Assembly (NCBI RefSeq): GCF_001194135.2
Contig: NC_069005.1
Span: 7,536,456 to 7,598,430, forward strand
DNA from: Octopus bimaculoides
Taxonomy: Eukaryota
Reading direction: 5' to 3'
Length of the DNA: 61,975 nucleotides
Position numbers and translations under genes: made by a program. This document shows positions 61,887 through 61,975 of the stretch, in pieces. Under the pieces are notes generated by a model, which did not search any database, was not told where the DNA came from, and worked only from the letters and a program-made list of their open reading frames with translations. Every line of letters begins with the position of its first letter. The first letter of the stretch is position 1.

Positions 61887-61975
61887 TTTTTATCTCTCTC
61901 TCTCTCTCTCTTTCTCTTCTTTCCTGCATGCTTCCACCACACATTTCTCACTCTTTCCCTCCCCACTTATCAACT

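Overview
AT-rich, repeat-dense animal genomic DNA. The SINE families, microsatellites and RTE-type tails suggest a coleoid cephalopod, most likely Octopus; this is an inference from repeat content. Three spliced protein-coding genes can be rebuilt by hand from GT-AG exons with matching phases. (1) A FAM227-family (FWWh domain) gene lies on the minus strand, with about 9 coding exons at 34120-51043. (2) chibby (CBY1) lies on the plus strand, with 3 coding exons at 53109-55704 encoding 126 aa. (3) An unidentified minus-strand gene has 5 internal exons at 3397-12071 and is incomplete at both ends. The most striking observation is that the FAM227 gene and CBY1 are head-to-head, with start codons about 2.1 kb apart and an RFX X-box and a YY1-type motif between them. 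As I recall, human FAM227A and CBY1 are also divergent neighbours at 22q13.1. If confirmed, this would be a deeply conserved, probably cilia-related bidirectional gene pair. About 20 kb (12281-32069) is an extremely CpG-rich ACGA/ACGT satellite with higher-order structure and internal inversions, bounded by two 100-N scaffolding gaps. The remainder is SINEs, TA- and TTAA-type MITEs, mariner, Penelope and RTE relics, microsatellites and assembly gaps. No rRNA, true tRNA gene or CRISPR array was found. No database searches were possible, so family assignments rest on recalled motifs.
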